From the NCBI GenBank assembly GCA_040954595.2, contig CM082587.2, positions 6,003,705 to 6,067,704 of the forward strand: a DNA stretch of 64,000 nt, written 5' to 3'. A model generated the notes under the pieces. The model saw only the letters and a program-made list of their open reading frames with translations. It made no database searches and was not told the origin of the DNA. This document shows positions 27,769-41,763 of the stretch, one piece after another (the first letter of the stretch is position 1; each line of letters opens with the position of its first letter). This stretch comes from Balanoglossus misakiensis (lineage: Eukaryota; Animalia; Hemichordata). The translations under genes and the position numbers were made by a program.

Positions 27769-30700
27769 ACCTGTAACTTCTAAAAGTTCTGCAGGAACTT
27801 TAACAAGCTCCTTGCCAGTATTTCAAGAAGTTTATTTGATGAATTTGCAGTTATGTAGGGTGGTGTATTCTACCGGTAGTCCTGTACTGTACTATACTAT
27901 ACCGCAGTGCTATCAATCAATATCTTACATTCATTAATGCGCTACACTTGTTTTATGGCGGGGTATATTCAGGCATTACATTTTTAAAGAGTAGTTTATT
28001 TAGGATCTGTACTGTTAATACTGTTACAAGCAAATGTTACAACATCATTCTGTGGGTTGAGGATTGAAATTATGTGGAAAAACCATGCCTGTAAATTATA
28101 AATCCAAGCAGATCACAGTTGTAATCCTCATTGACTGATCACATAAGCTCTCACTCTTTATTGTACGGTACTTTAAAATTTTCCCTGGATTAAGTAATTT
28201 TGACTCCTTAAAACACTTGTTGAGCTGTGTAAAAATTCACATTTTGCATAACAGATCCCCTTTATAAGCTTTGAATGGAAGATAAACCGCAAATAAAAAC
28301 AGCAATTATTTACATCATTAGCAGCCATACTTTTCCGATTAATGGGGGAACCAGTAGAAAATATTACCCCAAAGTTTATTTAATGGTAATTGTTTTCTGT
28401 ATGCCAGCAGAAGTTATGTACAGCACAGCTTTTAGTGTACCTCATCAAATTACCTCAGTTTACTATAGTTTTATATCGTATGGCAGATTACGAGTGGTTG
28501 TAAATATCGAATGCAATTTTATCAAAGTTGAATCAAAATATGGCCAATCTCAACAAACCTGTGGCTTGGAGGACAGCTGGTGTGTGCTAGCAAAATCAAC
28601 CCTAACCTAAGTTTACATCAATGTCCACGCCAAATCCACCACGCACTTTCGGCATACAATAAGCATAGCGCGGGTGCGAGATTCACAACGATTGCATAAT
28701 GTCTCCTTTGATGATTTAAGATATGCATCTGTAATTTTTTTTTTCAAATTTTCATCGCTATCATATCTTGTGACAATGTGCAGCAGAATGACACAATGTT
28801 GCCACTTCCCCGTAAATATGCAAATGACTGGACGATAATTTTGCTTTTACCGAAAGTCCGCACTGCCACTTCACCACATTCCTGAACATGACCCGAAATT
28901 AAATTTCAAAATTTTCATAAAAACACATTCCAGTGATGTCATGCCTGTCCTTGTATACAGGTCAAATCGACCTCGGCGATGATAAATCTACCACCGACAT
29001 AAAAAAGACCGCACCAACAATTTACACCCAACGATGAACGTGACAGATCAAAAAGGTCGAGTCAGTGTCGGGTTCTGCCGACACTTTGGACTTCTTCCTC
29101 TCTGCTTGCTGCCATCAGCTAAGCATCTCTTGACCGCATCACTTCCCACCACTCACAACCAAACTGTGAGCTGCGCGCACCACAAGCGTCGAACTACATG
29201 CAGTGTGATGCAACAAACAAACAAACAAACAAACAAGACAATTCCTTATACCCCGTGCAGCAGAACGACTGAAGCATAATTATAAATCAGAGCCCATGAC
29301 CCGGAACACCATCACGGCCGTATGTCACTGTCAACGCAATGCAAATCCTGTGACCCAAAGTCAGCCGCAGTCTGTACACAGTTCTCGCTTGTTTGTTTGG
29401 AATAATCGGCGTCGTTATCACCTCACGCAGATCAGACGATTGCATTCTCTGTACGCACCGATCGCCATGGTTTCTGCGCATTTTCCAACCTTGTCACACG
29501 GGACTCCCTTGTTATCATTTTTTTCACCAACACCTAACGGAAATTTGTGGAATAAATAAACCAATGTACGGTACACCTCGACAGCTTTTTTCAAAGATTG
29601 TCACCATGGTTATCTGTCGCCATGGTTGACTGGTGCAGGTACCGGAAAGTATTGAATGTACCTTGGCCATACACCATCATAAAATTAATATGCACTTTGG
29701 CCAGACTGTCATAAAGTTATGGAGACCATGCAGTAAAATAAATCCCTTGATGGCGGCAGTCAAGTAAACCCAACTATTTCAATTTTTAAGAATGCATATA
29801 ACTTGCAAGGGCGTTCAACCTATACTGAATAAAAAAACAGGGCAACCAATCAGGAGGCTAATTTCTTTCTTCTTCTTTTTTGCAGCGTTGCCATGGCTGA
29901 CAGCTGGCCAAAGCTCGGGTGAAAGTCATGGTGAATGCAAAACTGCGTGAAATTTTTAACCGCAGTGAGTTGGGAAACATAATCATTTCCATCAGTGTGG
30001 GTTGTATGTCGTCGTCAACATCGAAAAGGTGCGATATCATGCAATAAACCACGTTTAACCATTCATGGGGCCAAAAATTCCTCACCGACAAGTACAACAG
30101 AATGAGCTAAACTCTTCCAAAGCATATATAGCATAAACTGCAATTGTTTCAACCACTTTTTTTGTAGCCAAACATATTAACCCTTTGAATGCAACATTTT
30201 TTTCTGTTTCACCCATTTTTCTCCAATTTTTTCCCTTAATTTTAGACCAAGTGGACATAATTTTCGATTGTCTGCAGGTCTCCATCAAAATTTGGGAAAA
30301 AATGTGAAAAAAATTATGAGATTTCATATTTTGGAAGATGACGACAAGTTGACTATGGCGTTGAAAATGAAAGGGTTAAAAGATGAAAGTGAACAAACAT
30401 CTCAGGAAATACATACTTGGATCCGATTCAAACTGCAATGGGAAAACCTGAAAAATTTTCTCCAACCCTATACAGACACAACACCTTTGTGGCAACGATA
30501 CAAAAACACATCTATCAATTCAATCTTTCTCTCTTCAACAAAGTCAGCCTTATCGATTTTCACACGTACGTGTGTGAGAAATAAATTTTAAAAAACTCTT
30601 ACAGAGAACAGTCGAGATTACAATGGCATTTTTTCAAATTTCCAAGTTACATGTACGCCGTAATAATAATTCTCTTGTTCAACAGACCAGAATCGGCGTT

Positions 30701-33700
30701 TTTGATGTAGAAAATTTTTCAAAATTACGCTGAGTTGAAAGAAATGTTACCTGATGAAAAAACGGGGATTTTCAATCCGCATTACGGGTTCAGAAAAATC
30801 TGAAACTGAAAATCTGAAATGCGAGCTTATTTTTTCGGAAAATATGCTGGATTCAGTAGATCCTTAAAATAAGCCTTAAGAGGCTAGCTTCTTCTGCAGG
30901 TTTCAAGCAGTATCTCTAACGCAGAAGAAAATCAAGAAAATTTTCAAAGAATGCCCTTAACAATTTATGTTTACTGTTTTTACTCTTCAAATCCAGAAAA
31001 AAAATCCTTCCATGACAAGATTAAATCAACACAGTGGTTTAAGGATTTTAAGGAGTCATAAATTAATGATTAAGCGCTCTCGTTATCTAAACAGCCATGT
31101 GCCAACCGATGACAGGCATCGTCAGTTGGCGGTAGCGGGATACGCTAACCTTTGACCTGACCTCACGTCACCTCGCTGAGGTCAAGAACACTGAGGACAG
31201 ATAACACGCACCCTGCATGGCAGACACAACAAACGTCTCATGTTGACAGACGACTTACATAAGATCGCCACTCCTTCTTTTTCAAGTCTGCTGGGGTATT
31301 GGATTTTTTTTAACGTATCATTCCTCGTACTTTTGCGGTTGGGGCTGGATTTCAGAGAAAAACAATCTCGCAATACGCAGATAATTTTTCTTAAATTTAA
31401 TATGAAAACAACTGCAATTGATACTGTTCGAATTGTCTGCATACGCCATTAATTACATTCTGAATTTGTGCAGTGAAACTTCATACAAAAAAAAATTTCT
31501 GCATCATGCTATGCTCAGATATTTCCTGGTTCATCTTTGTTTTGACTCCTGAACGACAAATGTGACAAAAAATCCCAACAAATTTAAACCAAAGCTGTTT
31601 TTTTCTCTCTCTCGATCGCTGCTCTTAGCTGGATACTGGTGTAGATAAACTTCAAATGCATATCGCAGAGAGGTTTCCTACAGAGAGCCAAGTTGGCATA
31701 CGGTGTTTTGATTACAGCACAGGTCAAAGGTCGGCTCAGTTCGAATTACCGGTTTGAAAGTCAGCCAAAATATCTTTTGAGGCATTAAAAACCAACTACA
31801 ATGGCAGGAGGTATTTGCATACATGTCTGGTACGTGTCAGAGTCCTTTTTTCAATCACGTTCCTGCTGACTTGACTTTTATTACGCGCATAAAATCTCAA
31901 ATTTTACATCTCGCGTAAAATGTTACAAGACTTTACCATTAAATCTAACTGTGGCTTCCATTGTTTAAAAATATCATTCTAATTTTAGCAATTATATGTA
32001 AATGTTTTTTTGTGCATTTATCCCTTTCAGTATAACAAGAAACTTTCTGTCGATTTTGGAGAATTGCAGAAATGTATCAGCCCTTCTACCATTACAAAAG
32101 TCATGATAATATCCACTGCAGCCTCATGCTATATTAGAGCACACACTGGTCCTTACAGAAGTCAAGGTGTGGCTACACTATACACACCTACTGAGTTCAA
32201 ATTGAGGTTCCATAAAAGCTTCTTGTTGGTGTTCGAGCTTCATCAGTAGTCTTAAAACTTACTCAATGCAGGTGGCATATTTTATTGACTGTTGTTTACT
32301 TTTCTAATTCTGGGAAGTGCTACTTACATCAATCCAGAGAAGCTTTTGTCATTAATGCCAATATGTATTTATTGAGGGGGGGGGGGGGAGCAGTGAAATA
32401 AGATTTTTTTCGCATTTGGAAAATCTTATTTTTTACCATCAGTGGACATACAACAACATTTTTTGGTAATGTGGCCTGACGCTTCCAGAACAATGTGCTC
32501 CATGATTCATGGAAGTGTATCCGGTTATCAATGCCGTGTCCGGCATTGAACTTATCAAAAGCCCAAACAGGATGGACACTGACACAGTTTCGGTGTGGCA
32601 CCCCACAAAGGCTGGCCTTGCTTTCAAGGAAGTAACAAAGGATACCACACTTTTTTTTAACGGAAAAAATATGTAACATAGAGTTAACAGACTGGCAGCC
32701 ATTTTGAAGTTATTTGAAATTATTCATAATTACTTGGGTTACCAGGAAAAAAAACATCTGTAAAAACATGCAAAAATGTTCAGTTCTTCATACTTTCCAC
32801 CAAACCAACCTTCCAATTTCAAATTATAAAAAACAAATAGAAAACCAAAAATAGCTCTCTTGGGTTTCAATTTGCGCGAGTGATGCCATCAGAGCAGGGA
32901 ATTAAATCGCTCGCCACCAAAAGATATTCCCAGGGATTCATGAAAAATGGAAAAGCCGCCGTCTCGAGGATTAACAATGCTTAACCTTGGGTGACCGTTA
33001 GTTCTATGTGCACGGCGTCGGAACTCAGTCACCGTGGTAACAGGTGGTGGCCGATGCTCACTGGGAGAAATTAAAAATGGCAACTTCTGTCAGGGGGCAC
33101 ACAGTTTATCATTCTTAATACGACCTTACGATCACCTTCACATTAACAGACGTGTGCGCACAGGGACAGGGAACCAACATCCCTGAAAAAATGTCAGCAT
33201 CCCAGACAGCTAAGTTCTTTGCCCAAGCACACTTGTGTACTTACAGACACCCGCATTCATATATCTCGACAGGGGGTCAGTAACACAGCCAGGCACATAC
33301 AGATGTGTACAGTACGCAGCCGCTCAGCTGTGCGTACGTCACACAGACAATGATCACAGACGCACAGACATCAACCGGGTGCTGCGCCCTGTACGATTAA
33401 CACTTCTATTAGCAAAACTTAACATCCAAAAAAAGAAGAACTTCACCAATTACATACAGGAAGTGCAAAGAAGTTGAGGCAGTCAGAGACGCGGTTCCGA
33501 TGCAATTAGAGAGGATGTTGCATGTGGCTACGCAGCCACTTCAAAACCTAACTTGGCACTTACAATCCAGAGCAGCAGCGTCATCTCATTTGCATGTGAA
33601 AGGCCCAGAAACTGCAGTTCTACAACCAAGACCTTTTAATGTTGCAAGATTTCCCAGAAAATTCAAGAGGACATGATCTTGTCAAACAAAGACACTTCCT

Positions 33701-36700
33701 CCGATACTAAGCCACTTCACAAGCTGTGTGGCCATTCCTCCATATTGCTTTCCTCCCCCATGTTTTCCAGAAAATATTTTTTTTACACTCAACATACTGG
33801 TACGTTCAATTCACATTAAACTATCACATACGCTCATCAAACTGAAATATGAGAAACTTAAAAATTAATCTGTTCTCATGGATATTGGAATTATTGTCTT
33901 AAAGCCCAAACAGCAGCCATTTTAAGCATATTTTTAATTCACTAACATTTTCAATCTCCTTACCCTAAATCAACAGACAGCATTTTGAATTTGTGGAGAT
34001 TCTGATCCCCATGTGCGTATACCCAAATATATGTGTACTCTAGCAAAGGGCGGGTGAATAAATAGGTGTGGCACCTGTTTATTTAATAACTTGTTCATAT
34101 TTAAATGTACAGCCACAATCAGATAGTTTAATACATTGTGTAAACAAACCAGTGACTTCATTTGAAGGAACCATTCTAAGTTTTTGAATGGAAAAATCAT
34201 GAAAATAATGCAAAAAATGACAGCTATTGGAGCTTTAAAATAACAAAAATATGACATGCTACGTCAAATTTCAGATAATTTGGAGTCAATCCAAAATTAT
34301 CGTATGTAAAAAAAAGTTGCATCATAGACAAAGCACACTACTCAGTATTGCACAGGATTCTGGTTGTAAAGATAGATAAGATGCATATGCATGATAACAA
34401 ATGAAAATCCTTCACCTTAACAGTATTGGTTAAGCACACTGCAAGCACGGTTACGTGTGTGCTTACTGAAAAACTTTAAGCTGCATCTGCATTGCATAAT
34501 ACACTTTCCTTAAAGCGGAACGTGGAAGGCAGGGATTTCATTTCTGAAAAAGTTTCATTTGATGAGCGCACATGATCATACGTTCATTATTCTCGGGCCC
34601 CACGGGGAACACCAAAGACACAATGCGACGATTCGATGCTGCGGGAGCCGCACACAAAACGAGCGTGAATACGTGCTCGCAGAGAAAAAACAACTCTCGG
34701 AGTTGGATTACAAAAATCATCTGTGTCATGGAGACCTGACATGAAAAATTCAGTCTTTTGAGGGGTACATGTTACTAAACGTTGCTTTAATCTCTCTGTC
34801 TAAGTCCGTCGTCGAACGACCGTGTGATGGCTCCATTTTATATGGCGCGGCTAACCACCTTCTGATTGGCTAGATCTCCGGGTGCCATGGTAACTGTGGC
34901 TAAATCTGGCGTACTTCTCATTGCTGTATGTTTTCTGTTTTTATTAATGCAATCATGCCCCAAGTCTTTATTAAATATATGGAAAATGCGAAAAAGACAT
35001 TTTTACTTTGCACATTTCATTCTGAACAGTTATCTCAACAGTTCGCATGGTTACGGTATGTCACAGATATGCCTGTTGCTAATTCATACGTGGTTCTCGC
35101 AGGAGTGTCAGACATGCCTATTAAGTCAACGACTACAGTCACATATGCAAATTTAACCGCAATTATCATACAAAAGTGGAGATCTAGAGAATGGCAGATT
35201 TTTGCTCGAGTGACCGTGCAAACAAAGTGTGAAACCACATGGTCGTTAAGAAGACTTGGACACACACGCTTATCACCATATATGGGTACATGCAAATTAT
35301 AAGTGATGGAGTTCGTATTAATTATCATGATGTGGCCCCTCATATGACCTGAGCTATTCAGAGAACTTTTGGACAAAAAATACGACATGAATCTTTTAAT
35401 GTGCAAATAAATTAACACCTCAAGGGCTGTAACTTCGCGAGATTCTCCAAACCGCAAATGCAGCTAGCCTTTTTGTAAAATTTGTGTTTAAAGGGACAAA
35501 GTGGCTGTTATTTCATTTATTAAATGTTGTTCTGCCTACTGTGACATGTTTAATTGACCAGGTGTCAGAACTCAACTCACATCCTCTGAGTAGTGTTTGA
35601 AAAATGCACCATCTGTAAAACTCAGTAAATTACACTTTTCTGGGAAATCACCTACCAACGATGGTCCCCGGGTCATTTCAGTAACTAACGAACTACCAAT
35701 TCAATTTTCATATTTCCCAAACGATTTGTTTGATGTAATTATGATCCTTTTCGGCAAATATTACTTCCCTCGCCGAGGCAAGTCTTTCAGAAGCCAGCAT
35801 GAGTTGAGAGAGATTTTTAATTTCGGAGGTAATTACCTTTTGCGTACATAGTTATAGGGCATTGGTTTTTTTATACACTTTCCTGTCATAACAAGAAAAT
35901 GGATATTGTTACCGAGGATGAGATTTGAAACATGCACACAAAAGGAAATGGTTCAACTTTAAACCGGTTGTCTACCTATCCTAAAAATCACTTATTGCAA
36001 ATGGTCTTAGGTCACTAACAAACCACAGAAAACAATCAACCTACGTTGACCTCTCTGAAAAACTTCCATCTGGGTAGCTGTAAGTACAGTTTTACAAGTT
36101 CTGGTCACATCTGGTTCGAGGAAAAAAATATTTGATGTGCAGAGATATTGATAAAACATGTCTTCGCTGCAGTAATGAAAGCTTGCAATCAATGGCTGAT
36201 GCCAATGAAGTGTTGCCCTGTGCCCATGATGGCGGAAAACAAATTTGGCGTTTGATTTGGGCGGCGTCAGAATCTAGGTGTGAATTAATCTTAACAGCAT
36301 GAGAACCAGACCAGATCAGCAAAAAAATCAGTGAAATCCAAATGTACAATCAATTACATACACATGGTCACACTGTACTTACACACTAGACAGAACTTAA
36401 ATACCGCACTTTTAATATATTATTCTCACATTAAAAGATTATTACCATAATTATTTTTTTTTTACAATTTCTTTTCCTTTTTTGGCTATAATGAAAAAAA
36501 AAGAACTATGGCAAAAAAAGCTTTCAATTTGACCGATGGTCTAGCCTTGTGAGGAAACTACGTCACCAAGGTTTCCAAGATTAAGTTTTACAACACCAGA
36601 GACTTTGCAGAGTGCAGATAACAGCGATATCCGTAGGCATTTGTGCAATCGGTCAATCGTTCCCCCTTGTGAATAGATCATAAATACACGAATTATAAGA

Positions 36701-39700
36701 ACAATGACACACACTGGACCACAGTATAGCTGAGGGCTCACACGGAGACCAACGGTATAGATTATTATCAATATACGCCGTCTGACACGAAAAGAGGGTT
36801 CAACATGTTTGCAATGCAAACAGAAACAGTCATATTTGTCCTACATGTATGTATTTCTCAGACCGGAGCCAATATTTAGGACGTCACGCCTTCGTCCTGT
36901 CAGCCACTGACTGGGTCTAGCTGTCTGCCAGTTTCCATTCATTGTTTTGTTAGCTTTGCGAGTTTGCCTAGCGATGTTGAACTGTGGCAATGCATACCAC
37001 AGGCTTAATGTGAACACTATATAAACACTTAACTACATTTTAAAGATGGCCGGAACGAGAAGACCATCTTTCGCCGCCAAAACAAATCTTGCCCCTCTAT
37101 CAGCATCACAAATCAAAAATAGTACTTTCAGGTGTCAGTGAGTATTACACACGTCAGTTTTTTTAACTAAGTTTTGATATGCCAAAGAAAATATATGCTC
37201 ATGAACTTCTAATGTAGCACCAGTACCATCACTGTTGAAAAACAATGATATGGAAAAACTACAAGAAACCCGCGCCCCATGGCTCAGCCATTCAAGTTCA
37301 CCAAACACTTTTAACTAGCGGGAGAAGATCAGTATGCAACTCATGTATCATTCAAATGGGATAACAAAAGAATTTGAAAAGATCACGAGACCAGAAAGCA
37401 GGGCACGACGGTAACAAAAAAAAATTGTAATCTTCAATTAAAAATAGAACATGAAATTCGAGTACATGTCGTCTGCACACTAAGAGAAATCAACAGATCT
37501 CTGTGTCACTCTGTGAAATATACAAAGGACGACACAGAAAGAGATTCAACCATGACTCATTATTTCTGCTAATTTTGTCTGGCTTGGTGTATCCGTAGAT
37601 CAATTAGTCATTGCATGTGTACATAATGGAGACGTGTCAGAACCAGTTTACAATCCCAAATCTTAATTAACGGAACATCATGCTAGTGTTCAAAACGCAA
37701 CTTCCAGCCGAGACATTCTTGGTTAATACCTGGTCTCACAGTTTGATAAGAATTAACTAACAGAAACAACCCCCACCCCCTCAAAAAAAAAAAATCATCA
37801 CACAGCTTATATATAATTACATACACCCTGACCCAAGATGACCTCACAAGCCCATATCGCTATGTGATGCGTCTACGTGCTGGTGAAAAAATAGGCTGTT
37901 TTTTGTCTGTGCGCATGAACCAGACAAAGCGGCATTCAACTCTCCTAGTTCGTGGTGCGAGTGATTTGAACTTGCTCCAAATACATACATCAAATTCAAT
38001 TCACATCAAAGCAAAAATGTATCGCCCACATGCAGGTATGTTTAAACCGCATGATCCCCCAGCAGTTGCGTCCAACGCTTTTGATATTTTTTCTGTCTTT
38101 TCTGGTAGTATGACCATTAAAAGCCCACTCAGTCGTGGTTTGGATTAAGTTTGTTTTTTACGATATTTTAAGATCATGAAACCAAACAGGTCTGCCATTT
38201 CAACGAGTGGGTTCAGTTTGGCTTGCCCCAACGTTGACATTTTTTTTTTTTTGCAATATGTCCATCTTCACCAGATGGTTGTCAGGTTATAATCCAGGCA
38301 AATCCATGATGAATCATGGTACATTTACAAACTACTAAAAACCAAATGGTAAAGGTGACCCCCACCCATGTCAACACTGTTTACAAAGTAAAAATGGTTG
38401 CTTCTTTTAGTAATCAGTTTCTGGGCTGTCTGAGGCAAACAAACACAAAACAACAAAAATATAGATTTCGGATCACCTGAAAATTCTCTCTCTTCCAAAA
38501 CTGTAGACTTAATTTGCATTTTACGGAAACTAAATATTTCAATATTTTTCTTTCAAGAGCTCATTTCCTATGCCACAACACAGGTAAGAAACAAATCTGA
38601 CTACAAACCTATCCGTCAAAGTTCAAAGTAATCATACAAGCAGTTATTTGACTCATAATTGGAAAATTTGCCCAAAAATACAATATTATATTCCTCCCAA
38701 ACATCACAAACAATATTGCAGAGTTTGTTTCAATTGCAGGAAATCTGACCAGGTCATTACAAGGGACCACCATGCATAACAAATATCAAAACAAACAGAT
38801 CAGTGGGCTATAATGAAGACTATTCTCACAAAAAATGTCACCCAAAATACAAATGCCCTTTATCGTAATTCCAACAAATCTGACACAAATTGTCCCAATC
38901 AACACTGAAATCAACACTCCATGTTTGTTTCTCAGAAGTTCTATTGAAGTCACTAATTGATTGGAAGGCAAGACAGAAAATGACAAGAAAACAACTTATC
39001 TGATATTATAAAAAACAACACAATCCAAGAAGATGATATTAAGAGGTTGTTTTCGTAAAAGCCCTGTGATGAGCTGAAACACAAACGTGTCATCACTATG
39101 GTAAAAAAAATGGTCTATGTCAGTTATTGTATTGTGCAATCCGATACACACCTCTGTAAATGAAAGTGATTGACAGTTCATCTCTGTGTGCAGACCTTCC
39201 ATAGAATAAGTTATAAATTATTTAAGATGTATACATTATGCTCACATTGTGGGGGCAGGGTTAGGATTATTAATGTCATCAAGGATAATTTCGAGTTTAA
39301 CACTCAACTCCAAAATTGTCATGAACGGAAAGATTGTGTGCTTAATTTGCCCCAAGTTTCTATTTTTGACCCAAAAGTCTAGACAAGTGCCTTTGGTGCA
39401 GTGCAGCAGGTCTGCCGCAAGAGAGGGCATCAACATCGACTTCCCACAAGTCATCTGGGATTCAATCAAAAATTAACCTTTTGGAAAGAAATTTCCCTGG
39501 AATACGAGAGTGTTCACCAAAGTATCTGTAACGACAATGAGACCAGCTACCTCAACTGTTCTTTTGACAGTAAAAGTCAAAGCATTTTATGTTTGTTTGT
39601 TTTTTATAACATTTGAATGAGCCATATGAATCTATGTGGCACAACCATGTATGGACAAATCAAACAAGGTGCCCAAGTAGCAATGATAATTAGCATGGCT

Positions 39701-41639
39701 GACTGGCAACCCAGTTGGACCCCCTGCAAAAAGACTATGCAAAGGAAAAAAATATCCATACCAGTTATTTTGCAGCAGGTTCAAATGCGGGGCAAAGGCA
39801 AACGACACTTTGGGTGAAGGATAGGTCAGAGCTAGTAATTCTTTGTGGATCAACAGAGCACAGGTAAAAACTGATCCAAGTTCAAAATCAAAGGCAATGA
39901 ACAATTCACAGCTTTATATGCTAACTCTTTATATGCCATGGTCTTTGCAACTTAAAACACCCCCCCCCCCCCTCCTCACTTTTACCTTCAGTTTTATCAA
40001 TTCAATGGTGAACTAGTACTAGTATGACGTCCTATCCTGCAAACTATTTTGGAACTTTCGAAACTCTCCAGGCCAAAAATAAGTTAGGTCCCTGGTCGTG
40101 CAACAACCACCCATTATAAACATGCAACTCGCTTAAAATAAAACCAGACTCGACCATCTTTCTGTTTAAACGTTGATATGGGTAAGGGTAGTTCAAAAAA
40201 TTTCTGATATTTTGGACACTTTCCAAACCTGTGCCACTCTGTTTTTAAACTTGTTTTTCCGTTTTTTATGCACTACGCCAATGACCTTCAGAACTTTTCA
40301 AGGACACCGCGCTTGAAAAAAATCCAATCCGATCGCAGTCAACAACGCGTCGTACGTACGTACGTGTAACAAGATGTCACCGCTTTTATTTTTATTCCTG
40401 TTGAGAGCTACGAAAAACAACAACAATGAAGTAAAACCCGGAATCAATTACGCCGTTTCAATAAAGGGCGAGCCAGAGGATCATCGCTGCCCTTCAAAAA
40501 TCACACTTAGTGAACACAAGACGTAGAAAAAACTTGACAAAATGGGCTCAAAATGGAGACACCATCTCTGGCTTCCTGGTCTGGAGTCCAGACCCCGAGG
40601 TGTGAATCGGTTAAATTAACTGATTTGCATATTACGGTTACCCGCTATACTTTTGTTTTTTCGCAAAACTTCGGCTTCGGGTAAAAGTCAAAACTCTTTT
40701 GCACTATTGAACTTGAAAACTGCACGATTGACGCAGATATCAAAGATCTACCTCGTCGCTTACTATTTGCGAAGAACTCGACATATCTCTCGGCGTCACA
40801 CGCTCAAAGCGCGGGCCAGGCGCAGGCAAAATAGGTCGACCGAACGACTATTCCTTTGAACTTGTTTGTATGAACTTGAATGTTGAGTTTCATTAGTTAC
40901 GTAACGCCTAACGGAGCTTTACCTCAATAGGTTAATAAGCTCCACTATTGTTCAACCACACAACAAACAGGTACATCGAACGACCGCCGTCAAAATTACA
41001 ATATTTGAAAACCCGCGCCACGCGGATATGTGCGGGCTCCAAAATCGAGAGTACGGGTAAAAATTGTCGTTCATGTCTAGTCGCCAGTCCACAGCGAACT
41101 TGAAGAGTTCGCACGGATGAACCGTCCGCTAAATAATCTTGTTTCACTGGTGCTTTCCTGCCTTCACATATTGAACTTCACCTTGGGGTTAATTCCCCGG
41201 CCTTCTCCCCCAAAAATATTGCAATTTGTGTGGGGAACCCTTGACCTACACACGCAGAGATCTGCCTGGTACAAAAAATGGAGCAACTCGTGAAGAAACC
41301 CCTCCCCCCACACACGTGCAACACCTAACGGGCCGTACGGTACATGTACAACGGCCGACTCCAAAACCGTCTATATTTATGCTTAAAATTCTACATAGCG
41401 ATCAGAAAAAGCCGTATACCATGCTGGAGAAAACCCAGATTCAACTCGGTCTTTATAAAGTTGCACAGCGAATGCGCTATAATAAATTCTCACAGACGAA
41501 ATGTACACCGAACGACAAGTACAACGGGCAAAATAAAATGCAACATACATATACACTCCCATTAGCCAGACAACTACACATATCGGAGATGACATGGTGA
41601 ATAAAATTGTATGAATCCATGTAGATAAAAAAGCCCTAC

Positions 41640-41763
41640 CATTGCACTTCGTGTCCACGATTATTGGCGAACTCGCCGCCGCTGGTGGGAACCACGTCGT
41701 CGGCGCCGCCGCCGAGTAGCTGGGACCGGCGCTGGTTGTCGTCAACACCGGGAACTGGAACAT
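41640..41763 (-). CDS. NR6A1: Candidate first coding exon (A/B domain) of GCNF/NR6A1
   Basis: gcggacATG, then MFQFPVLTTTSAGPSYSAAAPTTWFPPAAASSPIIVDTKCN + G|GTAGGG. The phase-1 donor is compatible with the DBD exon (G+AA=Glu). GC/CpG-rich with Pro/Ser/Thr/Ala-rich composition typical of A/B domains. No direct homology proof. Confidence 0.55.

Larger units (their letters stand above)
2747..41639 (-). other. Large intron (~38.9 kb) upstream of the DBD exon
   Basis: No recognisable coding exon between the candidate first exon and the DBD acceptor. Vertebrate NR6A1 also has a very large 5' intron. The upper boundary depends on the first-exon call. Confidence 0.55.

Noticed and set aside
11103-31040. 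Scattered CACAGTG heptamers (RSS or RAG-transposon-like)
   Set aside because: No nonamer-like element at 12/23-bp spacing and no paired TIRs with TSDs.
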